Of a stretch of DNA of 64,000 nucleotides, positions 53,870 to 64,000 are shown piece by piece. The translations under genes and the position numbers were made by a program. Source of the DNA: Raillietiella orientalis (lineage: Eukaryota); contig JAYWIR010000001.1 in NCBI GenBank assembly GCA_036172245.1, positions 4,836,001-4,900,000 on the forward strand. The letters run 5' to 3'. Under the pieces are notes generated by a model. That model saw only the letters and a program-made list of their open reading frames with translations. It searched no databases and was not told the origin of the DNA. Position 1 is the first letter of the stretch, and each line of letters starts with the position of its first letter.

Positions 53870-54530
53870 TACAACCGGGGGGGGGGAGGGAAGGGGAGAC
53901 CATGAAGGGCTCCTTGATGTCCTGCGATGATCCCAGAGGGTCAACTTTCAATCCCGACCAGTCAACGAGAGATATCCAGTTTCCACCAGTGCTGCCTACG
54001 CGGGATCGTGGCCGCATGGAACAACGTCAGAGGCCAGAACGACAGGGACACCATGCATTCTGCTGTCCTCTTCATGAGGACAGCGTCAAGATGGCCCCAT
54101 CTGAGAACCCTAAAACAGGAACTTGACGGCATCCTCACAAGGATGCAGAAGAAACCCTCAACAACACAGTGATCCCTTCCCGAACCCCCTCTTCCTTCCT
54201 TTTTTTGGCTGTGTTTTTGTTTTGTTTTTTTCTTTTTGTTTGTCCTCCCTTCCCTTGTGCTACCAAGGCGCACCCTGTTGGCCTGCGTGCCAGATCCCGG
54301 CAGGATCCTTTTCGTATTCATAAGTAACGTGGCAGGATCAAACGTCCTGCCACAGACATGTAGGTTTAGAAATAAACGCCCCGGCGTGACCGGGTGTCAA
54401 TCAGTGCTGCACGCGAAGCCAACAGAGGCCAATCCTGCGGGGGAAATCGAAACCCACGACGCACCCATTTCTCGGAGTCGACTCTTACCCGGTTGGGATT
54501 CGAACCCGCGACGCTGGTTGCCACGCGCCC
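53870..54530 (-). mobile_element. SINE family A copy split into 53870-53995 and 54402-54530 by a family B insertion
   Basis: Joining ...ttccaccagtgctgc (to 53995) with cagtgctgcacgcgaagcc (from 54402) restores the family sequence ttccaccagtgccgcacccgaagcc; head gggattcgaacccgcg at 54495-54510. Confidence 0.85.
53996..54401 (+). mobile_element. Non-LTR retrotransposon 3' end (family B) inserted in SINE A
   Basis: Frame (CC)LRGIVAAWNNVRG...TASRWPHL...ILTRMQK...stop at 54172; T-rich UTR, hairpin gtggcagga/tcctgccac and AATAAA. Flanked by a 9-bp direct repeat cagtgctgc (53987-53995, 54402-54410). Confidence 0.8.
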
Positions 54531-57500
54531 TTTAAACAATTAATTTGCCACCAACGAAGTGGTCCTAAAAGTCAGCACAGCCGACGACGATCCAACGGCG
54601 CCTCAGGTCCTTCCGGAGCGGCCTAAGGCCCCCTGCGACCGGAGATTTGGCCTCTGGTTTTCACTTCGCCGCCAGATTCGGTTCCTGAAATCCTCCACGG
54701 CAACCCTGACACTCGAAGAAATCGACCTCCTTCCATCACTCTTCAGCAGATCCCGCAGGCTTTCCCCAACGCATTCTTCCGCGCCGTGGGACGCCTTCGA
54801 GGGAGAGAGGGCTGCCGAAAGGAGTTGGCGCGAGGCGGCGCGCCCCGGACGAGAAGACGCCGTACGTGTGCATCCCTCGGCTCGGCGTAGCGCCCGCATA
54901 AAACACTCACTGCTGCGATCGAGAAAGCTTTGTCAGGAAGCATATTCTCATTATGAGACTCAGCGAACGGAACACCGTAATCTCCTCCTTGGCCAATGGG
55001 GGAGCTGGCGAGTCGGGGCTTTTCCTAAGAGTTCACGGAAATTTCCCTCTCGGACACCTGCTCGCGGGATCATCAATTTCGGCGCTTCATCTATGAAAGG
55101 CAGAATTTCGGATTAGGAATAACAAAGCTTCTGGATTACAAGATCCATTACGGGGAGTTCTTGGATTTATTTTGATTCCTCAGATAAACTCTTCGTCACG
55201 GAGAGGAAGCTTTTCACGACTCTCTGACTTTGACGTTTTGCTGGCACCAAGATATAATCTTGTTTTTTCTCTCTCCCTCTCTTTCTCTTTCTGTGGATAA
55301 TTTATTTTTTTTTTCCTTTGGAACGGGAATAATATTCCTCCTTTCCAGAATATTTGGCTGTCTCGGGCTATCCTGCTGCGCCTTCCTAATGAGCTTTCGC
55401 ACGAAAAACTTCATCTCCAAAGTCATCGGACGGTGAAATCAAATTGTGCTGCTTAGCGATCCCAAGCTGAAGCTGCTTTCCGGAGCCACGGCTGTCCTTG
55501 GATCGTCTGACTCAAGGACGATCCGAGCACATTCCCGGTTTCTATGTATCATAACCGCGAGAACACGCAAAGCCGTTAGGAGACCAGCCAGCATCTAAAG
55601 TTCGAGCGGCTGCTCGCGCTAAAAACAAAAAAAAAGGAAAAAGAAGAAGAAAGATGAAGAAGAAGAAGAAATTGCCCCCTTTCGGGGATCTCATCAGAAG
55701 GCATTGTCTGCAGCACAGTGCGGCATTCGTTAGCTTTCATTCCGCTTCGTTTCTGGGGCTATCCACGCCGCTGTGTGCGCGAATAACCCCACGCGTGCGA
55801 AGCGATTGGTCACTCATTCGTGCCCGGATTCGGTAACTTTCCGGTCGTGCATGTGCAGGGAATTCTTTTTTCCGTCTTTTTTCTTTCCCAGATGGCTTCC
55901 TTTCATTGGGACTGTTCTTTAGGGGGTGATTGGCGCCTTCCATGGCGCGAGGGCCGGGAAATCCGCACTGTTCCACATCGCAGTCCACGCAGTCGAAATT
56001 TTGGGGTTCGCGGGAAAACCGGGGCGCCAAGCACGGCGGGTGACCTCGCAGAACTGCGGAGTCAACCTGGCATGTGTTCGGTGAAGCGTCTGTTCAGCGC
56101 GCGCGATGATCCACCAGCTGACCAAGAGGGATGTTTGAAAGATCGAGAGAGGCAGGGCGGAAGGGAGGAAGCGTCTCAGAAACGAGCCACGTTAATTGGC
56201 GCTCCACGTGTAGAAAATGAGTGCGAAAATTCTTTCATAATGACACAGTTTCCATAGAGGGTCGTAGAGGGAGAAAAATCAAAGATCTACGCTCTCATTA
56301 CGTCCATAATTTCCGATCATGGTTTTTCCTTCCTTCTGTCTGCGTGCGTGTCCACTCGGCTACATAGCATCCTTGGTGCCATCCACTTGCTTGGGACGAG
56401 TCGCAGCTTCCTACTGTCATAAAGAGCCGGATCCAGAAAAGGAGACCTTGGGAGACCTGTTGATTTTTCTGGAACTTATTCGCTCGGATCTTCCCAGACG
56501 ACCCATGCACTAGAATACATCTGTTTTTATTATCATCATTATTATTATTTTACAACAAACGGCTCCATAGATGGCTAAACTAAAAATACTTCGAGGCTGC
56601 TTCCGGAAGAAGGTCCTGGTTACAGAGCTCTTGCAAGCCTTTGTATTGGTTACTTCACCGCCATATCCGAACACTCTTTGATACCGAGGGGCTGAAGCCA
56701 GCGCGCGGTAGCCAACTTCCCGGCCCGAGTCACTGACGAAGAAACACTCTAAGAGTGAAGAGGAAGACAGCCGCCCTCAAATTCGAAGACGGACCTGGTA
56801 GGAGGAAAGATTCTTTTGAACGTGAACTCCTTCAAAGTAAGGCCTGCAAAGGGAGCTGCTGACTGGAGCAACAGCAGACGGATCTGCTTGCTCCTGAATA
56901 TCCTAAACGTTTGTAACATCCTGCAGAGCCACGTAATCCTTGAGCCTCCTCGATCCTCATCCAAGTCCGGACCTAATCTTTTCCACTCTTTGAACGATGT
57001 TTGTCACTGAGCCTCCCGGAACGTGGTCTCATGCAGGATGAATCCTTCTTGCATGCCTTTTCCATCACCGGTGTCGCTTCCGATGGCCTTCTTACCAAAC
57101 CCACGGCTATATGGCATGGTTTCCTGGAAACCTCTGACAGCGAGGGATGCGGAAATTCTCTGCTCAGGCGGAAACGAACAGGCTGTTTTCCTCTTTGTAT
57201 GTGAAGCTGGACACAGAGGTACTTCGAAGAGGATGAGCGATGTTGCCCTCGAGCTGGTCTGCTTTGAATCTTTCATAATTCTTGCGATGCCACGGAGACG
57301 TTGCAACTGTGCTGCCAGGAACACTAGCTTGCGGCGTCCACAAGTGTCTGGAGATACTCTCCCGCTGGAGAGTAGCCTCTCCTCTAGTAGAAGAAGAAGA
57401 GAGAGAAAGAGACCAACTGATGTTTCCGAAGATCAGTAACGGAAGGAAGAGTCTATTGAAAGATTTCTTGTGTGGGAAAGTCCCTGAGGAAGAAGGGAAG

Positions 57501-57719
57501 GATGATAGAAAGTGCAAAAAGAATGGGAAGATGAAAGGCGTCCAAAGTTTGAAGGATTTGAAGATCTCAAGTCAAGCTGCTCTTTTTCTCCTCCTCTCAG
57601 CACCTTTTTAGATTCATTGCTTCCCTAATTTGAGGCGATCTCTCAAGGAGGGTGCTGCTGCTATCCTGCATTTGTTTTTCTTCCTTTTGGTTAGAGGATG
57701 CTCAGCAGCCTCAGGGGAT

Positions 57720-59130
57720 GTCAAAGGTTTTCGAGATCTTCATTTGCTGGACCCGGAAGCGATCTGATCTTCCGGATTGTGCAAAAAAGTAGGTTCGACT
57801 AGCAGACCCCCGGAACAAGAGAGGATCCGTTGATCCCTTGTTGCCAGCGGAGGATTTTCTTCGAGAGGGCGAGGGGACGGGGTCATCCGTGGAACCTCGG
57901 TCGATCGCCTTCGAATTCGTCACCGGCTCCACCCTCCCCCTGACGTTTCCGTTTGCGAAGCGAGGCGAATTCGCATCCGGGGAGGAAGTGAAGGGACGTC
58001 TTCCAGGGACGTTTGTATCGGCTTCTCTGCCGATGAAGGCCAACTGGCTGCGGTGTCTCTGCCGAGCATGTGGGTTCCGCGACGTCCAGCTACTTTTCCA
58101 GGACGGAGGAATGGATTCCCGCTTCCATAGCAGCCGCCGTACCACCAGTGGCGGTTCCCGCTTTTTTGCGGGCAGTTACTTGTCCACTGCCCTCCACCCT
58201 CTCAAACAGACATGCTAGGACATCCCGCGTGCGAACGCACCTGGAGAGAGCTGGTAGGTCGCTCCTCCCTGCCCCTGGAGGTGGGCTCTACCGGAGCTTC
58301 TCGGGGACTCCTTGGAATTTCTCACAGCGATCATTCCCCGTGTGATTCCGCTCCCGAGAATTTTCAGTCCATTTTCAGTCCAGAAGGAGTCTAGGCAGGC
58401 CGCATGGAGGCGCCAGAGCCTGCTGGCGGATCGCGGCCTGGTGAATCCACTGGAGATAAGGATTTCTCTACCGTTCTGGAGGCGCCCGCGCTCCGGGCTA
58501 GTCTTCGGGGAGTCCTCTCGAAGCTGCGCAGCTCGTAGCCTGGTCCTGACCCTGGAGGCACTTGGGGAGGGTTCTTCGACAATTCCGTTGCTGCTTTCGC
58601 TCTTCGCTCACACCAGGATAGATGGCCACTCCCCGGCGCCAGCTTTTGAGGACTGGCGAACCCTGTGGGATTCCAGAGGCGCCTTCCCATGGTCTCAAGA
58701 GCATCCCGCTGCTTGAAAGCACCCTCGGCTTCCGCCCAATGACTCTCATTTCGAGTCTACTCACAAGGGAGAGAGCCGGTGAGCTTGCCAGTCTACGCCG
58801 AGAGGCTCAACCCTTCCTTCATTTCCACATCTTCTTGGCCTTCGCGCTTCCAGGCCCTCCACCTCGGAATTCACTTCTCCACGCAAACCAGATGCAGGAT
58901 TTGGAGCGGGAAGCCAGTCTTAGAGACTGTCTCTTCCGAGATCCGGCTCCTCAGGGCGAAGTTTTTGAGAACTCCTTGTTGAGAGCCATGGGCGAAAGGA
59001 GGAGGGAAGGGGACAGAAAGGAGGAAATTGAGATGAAGCCGGTATTTGCTTCACCGCTTCGAGAGAGGGCGCCTCTCTCCCGAAAATAGTCGGTCCCGGT
59101 TGTTATGGAGCGCGCGCGCGAGAGAAACAA
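57720..59130 (-). mobile_element. Decayed L1/Tx1-type ORF1 (RRM plus zinc-knuckle relic) with probable 5' UTR
   Basis: Across frameshifts the minus strand reads MALNKE (ATG at 58989)...QKLAPGSGHLSW...FWTENGLKILGSGITRGMIAV...QVRSHAGCPSMSV*EGGGQWTSNCP, then a Ser/Pro/Arg-rich linker. This order fits Tx1-like ORF1, but the CCHC ligands are mostly lost. Confidence 0.45.
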
Positions 59131-59199
59131 CCAGGACACACTCGCAGGCTGAGACAACTGTCCCACCCGAAATGACCCTGGCGAAGGCCGTCTTCCTCT

Positions 59200-61620
59200 C
59201 TCTCCTGTGACGTGGCAAAGAGGAAGAGAAGAAGAGAAGACGAGAACTGAAGGAAAAGGAAGAGGAATAGAACCAAGGGAGGAAGAGGAAGGGAAAAAAA
59301 GAGGAGCAAAGAAGGATGGGCGGAGCATCGTGGTTTTATGCACGTCCGGCAAACATCCAATGCCGATGGAATTCTCAGGTCCCAAGATGACTGACGGCAC
59401 TATCGATGCGCGGATCAAAAGTGACCCGAGGAGCTCCTTTCAGAAATAATCGTGTTTCTAAGTTCCTGCCGGAATTCCCCAGCTCCTGAACGGAAATAGG
59501 AGGATGAAACGCTGTGTCGAAAGCTCCCGTTGCTTTCAAGATGGTGCACTATGGTCCAATGGGGAACAGGAGAGGAAGGACAAGTATGGAGTGGCAGCAC
59601 CATGGTATGCGTCTGTGACAGGGGTCTTCCACTGGCTCAAAACCTCTTTTCTCCCAAAGGAAACCAGGAATCCTTATTGCACCTCCCCCGTTCCGGTCCA
59701 GCGTACTCTTCCCTCTTTCTTTGGACCTGAATGCAACTTTCCCCTCAGCCTCAGCCCTCCACCTCCTCCCCCTTTCCTCCTGAACTGCTCCAAGAGAACT
59801 TGATTTGCGCTGCCATCGTCTTTCAACGGAAAGAGTCGTCAAAGGTCTTCCAGAACCTCTTTCCTTCTATCACTCCTCATTCCCTTTCTCTTCCTCTCGT
59901 TTTCCCCATCTCTCCCCACTTTCCCCCTTTTGCGCACCTCCCAGTTCCTTGACCCTTGTCTCTCCTTTCCTTTTATCTTTTTTCGTTCCCTTCTCCTTCT
60001 CCCCATCTTCTCTGGGACAGTATAGACAAGAAACTGGGAGAGGTGAACGAGAGGACCTCATCTCCCTCAATTTTTTGCCCCTACTATCTCCTCTTTCGCC
60101 ATTTTTTCCTCTTTCCTGTTTCTATATCTTCCTGATTTTTCCTCTCCCTCGTCCTCTGCATCTCTTAATCTCCCCTATTCTATGTCCTTCCCTTTCCTTC
60201 CTCCCCTTCTCCCACGCTTGTTCCCCGAAGCAAGGTTTTTGGAAAGAGGGCAGCAAGGTAACGCAGTGGAGAAGGAAGGAAGGGGAGGCAGCTGTCGCAG
60301 GATCCCGGGAAGTCCCTAGGGAGGAGTTCCTGTGGACGACTGGTGCGGACGCGGGAACTCCTCGTGCTACCCGCGGGTCTGAGGGAAGGGGGGAAAAGAG
60401 GGGGAGGCATCCATCTCTCCTCCTCCTCCCCTCTTCTCTCATGTACGCCTACGAGGGACCGTGGAGGGTTCGCGCGCTTGACCGACCCTGCTCCTGGGAA
60501 TTCGTCCGGTTCGTCGCTCATGACGCACAGAATTTGTCGGGAGTGTGGCTCTAGGCTCCGGGGTGCTGTGGCCGTGAGAGGCGGGGCTTTCTACGAGAGT
60601 CCGACCGGGATATGAGTTCACCTTCCCTTCCCTTCCCCCTTTTTTTTTTGTACCTCACTGGGAAAGGTGACCCCCGAGGCACTCTCTCTTGTGAGGGGGC
60701 GGCGGTGATGCGAGTGGGCGTGCACCGCAACCGAGGAACGGAGAAGCATAGGGCGCTTCATTTTGGTAAGTGGGCGGACCTCAATTAAGGACATCTCGTC
60801 CCAGGACGTCTCCATCCATCATCCCGAGATTTCCTTCTCCTCTCTCTTCCTTCCCTCCTTTTCTGGAGTCAGCAGACCTTTCCCACACGAAGATGAACGA
60901 TCCTCCCCGCTCCGTCCGGAGGGTGGAGGGGCGGCGGAGGGATCCCGACGCAGGGCACGGAATCTGGCCGGCGTCACTGATGCTTTGCACCCTGCCACTA
61001 CTTCTGTGCCAGAGGCGCCGAGGTCAGACATAGAGAGGGCAGGGGGAGGAAGAGAAGATCTGAGAAAGAGAGTCGTAGGGGCTGCATCTCGATGCTGGAA
61101 ATCGGATGGAGACGCCTCGGGGCTGGAACCCCACCTCTGCCCTCAACGTGGTATCCGGTGCAGCGTCCCTGCGTCCAAAGAGGACAGGAAGTCAGCATCG
61201 GCTTACCTCTCGATCAGGTTAAGTCCGGTTTCCGGGGTCCGATCTGGAGGAAAACCCAGGCGAGACCCTCCCTCTTGGGAGGAAAAAGGACAGCTTCCTA
61301 TGGCGGTCCGATGGGAGCGGCACTCTTTAGGACTCCTCTCCTCGTGTGAGCACGGAGAGAAAAAACGTACCAAGGAGGAACCCCTCGAAGGAACGTAAGC
61401 AGTCGCTCCTCTCGGGAGTTGTCCAGGGAGCGGGATACAGCTTCGAAGTCAGGCCACTACTCGTATCTGTCCTATTCTGCCCTTCCTTTCCTCTTGCTCT
61501 TCCTCTCTTCCTCTTTATTCTCCTTCCCTTCTTTTCTTCCTCCTCCTGCCTCTCCCCTCCTCCTTTTTTTCTCTTTCTCCTCATCCTTCTTTCCGTCGCT
61601 CCTCCTTCTTCCGTGCCGGA
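59200..61620. repeat. Low-complexity polypurine/polypyrimidine block
   Basis: GA-rich 59215-59320 and 60240-60410 alternate with CT-rich 59700-60220 and 61470-61612. Confidence 0.85.
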
Positions 61621-63029
61621 AAGGTAGCAGCAGCAATGCAGCGACTTCACTGTTCCGGTCTCGAACTCCGCGGCGATGGGTGCGGCACAGGTCAGCGAAG
61701 AAGAAAAATGAAGTGCCTCGACTTTCTCGCCGTTGCCTGTGAGCAGAGGCTGAGTCAAAAGTCCTTTTGCCTTCCACTGCAAAACTCTGGAGTCTCACGG
61801 AGATGGCGAGCGAATCCAGAAGATCAATTCTTCTCCCCCCACTCGGCAACTTCTCACTACTCTACCACCCCGTCCCCTTAATAGAGAGTGAACTCGAAGC
61901 GGTTGCGCCTTCCTGCGGCTGCTGAGAATCAGTAAAGGATGGAATGGAGGATAGCTGCTTACCACGAGTCCACTCTGTGATACCTCTCAAGTGGAAGAGG
62001 AACTGTGGTTCCCCTTGCAGAAATCATTTTGCTCTCTTCCTCGAGGGAAATCAGTTTGGCAGGTTCCAGGCAGGAAATTTCCTTCATCCTTAGCAGAGCC
62101 TCCTGTTTTCTGACTCTGCGTCCGTCGAGCAGCCTGGAATCCTCCCGCTTCTGAGGAAGTCGATTGCTGCTCTCCTCCGGCATACACCTGGAGTGCGTCC
62201 GGAACACCCATAAGATCACCTAGCTCTTTGCCCTTAGAGAGGAGACAGGCGAAGCTTTGTGTGACTCAGGAAGGCTCGGAGACGCAGGAAGTGCCCACTC
62301 TGCACTGGAAGGGGGAAGGATGGAGCCAATGGATAAGAAAAGAGCGGTGAGAGGCACCACCCTCAACAGAGACCTTCCAGAGAGACACTTCCTCGAGGCG
62401 ATGCTGCAACTGATGGAAAAGAACGCACTCGAGCTCAGCTTTCTTTTTGTCCTTCCACATCCTACAGCGTGAGCCAAGGAGATCATCAGGAAGGTGCTAC
62501 TCTTGAGGCTGGTGTCTCTCTTTCGTTCCAATAGGGAGTCCATCATTGATAGGCAGCACTTTGGAGGAAGATTCAGTGACTGCCTCTTTACCCTCCAGCC
62601 TTACGGAGAGCTTATTATTCCACGAAGGAGCAGAAGAAAAGAGGAGATTTGCGCCCACACCATCGAAAGGAGCGTTGCGGATAGGAAGGGACTTCTCCAC
62701 CTAGATGAAACAGCGAAAAGGATGTCAGGAGGCACTGGAGGAGAAGAGCACACAGCATTTGCAAAAGAATGAGCAGAGGCATTCCCTCCCCGGTCCTCCG
62801 AGGGAACGGACAAAGGAGTCACTCCTGGAAGAAAGCGGAGGAGGAGGAGGAGTTTCGGTTGTCCTTTGGTGATGTGGGAAGACAGATGACACCTAGGACG
62901 ACACGGAAAGATAGCCCGTGCTCTCACCTTGCTGCTTGAGCACCGATCGCCCGAGGCTGCCAATTTCACCTTCATCATCCTATTATCTGACCGGACTTTC
63001 TGTCTTCGAGTTTGTGTTAAGCTGAATAA

Positions 63030-64000
63030 TTAATTCTCTGATGCTTTGACGGCAACTCAGGAGGTCACAGACCACTCTATGGATTATCTCACAGAACTGT
63101 GACCCGAGTGATCTTCTCGAACATACTCCTGATCTTTAGAATGCGCTGGTAATGTGTCAGGGTTGAAACTGATGATCAGTTCTTTCGGACTTCTCGGCGC
63201 CGCTGTTACTACCATGTTTAATGGCATCTTCGAGTCTGCTGCCGAGACACCAAACGATAATGAGGAGAGTGGTGGTAACCATAAGCATTTCTCTTTTTTG
63301 CATAGTATATCAAGGCTTGCAGGCGTTTTTTAGAGGACGGTCCTTTCTTATGGCTGAAGCAGATGCCATCTCCATGGCTACGATGATGAGGCCAGTGACT
63401 GCTGCCTTCCATTCATCCTTCTTGAAGGCAGTAAAAGCCCTTGATGTTTTTCTGAAGTCCTATGCATCCACCAAACTGAATGCATAAGAAGATCCTCTTC
63501 ATCATACACTAGGTGCATCCTAACGGACCACATGAAACGGGAAGCAATCCGTCTGTGATCCGTTTTAGCAAAATGGGCCTCGGCTCACACTTGAATTAGT
63601 TTGCCAGACTGATCCGCTTAACAAAGGTTGAAAGCCTTGGCAACACACCGGAGCTAAATTACATAACCGAGTGACATCGGTCACCAGGGCAGCCTCAACA
63701 TTTTCGAAGCCTTCATCTGAGCTTCCTAGCTACGGATTCGCTTCGCTACCGGATGGCGAATTCGCCAATGAGATAAGGAAGGCATTCCTCTGAGCAGTTC
63801 CTGGAGATCACGTGATTCCTTGGATGATCTAGAAAGTCTTTCTTCGCCTTCTCGAGCTTATTTAGCTATTCTCATTTTGGAATAGCAGCCTTAGCTCCAA
63901 AAGACTGCTTCGCGTTCTTCTCTACGATTCCTACAGTAGCAAGGATCGCTAGCAGCTTCTGAATTATACCAAAGAAATGGAGCTTGACCGATTGGGGTGG
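63030..64000 (-). pseudogene. Candidate decayed endogenous viral element resembling an orthomyxovirus-type nucleoprotein (runs off the right edge)
   Basis: Several interrupted minus-strand peptides fall in the order of influenza A NP segments as I recall them, e.g. LQELLRGMPSLSHWR (63762-63806) vs IRMIKRGINDRNFWR and YAFSLVDA*DFRKTSRAFTAFKKDEWKAAVTGLIIVA (63376-63486) vs [37 protein letters not shown]. Identity is low and the conserved FEDL motif is missing. Confidence 0.3.

Noticed and set aside
58110..58185. NCPQKSGNRHWWYGGC as a fibrinogen-domain motif
   Set aside because: The flanking fibrinogen motifs are absent; the context fits a decayed zinc knuckle better.
59805..60554. 249-aa ORF rich in Phe/Pro/Ser/Leu
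   Set aside because: It is a by-product of the pyrimidine tract, which rarely forms stop codons.
1..64000. CRISPR array, rRNA or prokaryotic operon
   Set aside because: I saw no regularly spaced direct repeats, no rRNA-like sequence and no dense long ORFs.

Overview
Eukaryotic, gene-poor, repeat-bearing DNA of roughly balanced GC; an invertebrate source is my inference only. I find no intact protein-coding gene that I can support, and most listed ORFs look like chance, repeat-derived or low-complexity frames. Well supported from internal comparison: (i) a ~700-bp tRNA-headed SINE family with at least 7 copies or fragments; (ii) two ~400-bp 3' ends of a non-LTR retrotransposon with a conserved ORF terminus and a covarying 3' stem-loop; (iii) two nested insertions with target-site duplications (LINE end in a SINE, SINE in a SINE); (iv) a 111-bp-arm inverted repeat at 2348-2610. 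Moderately supported: a decayed L1/Tx1-type ORF1 at ~57.7-59.0 kb. Speculative, by-eye protein resemblances only: a Dbf4/Chiffon-like locus at 16-17.5 kb, possibly one of several eroded Dbf4-like units, and a decayed orthomyxovirus-like nucleoprotein fragment at the right edge. Both need a profile search before they are believed.
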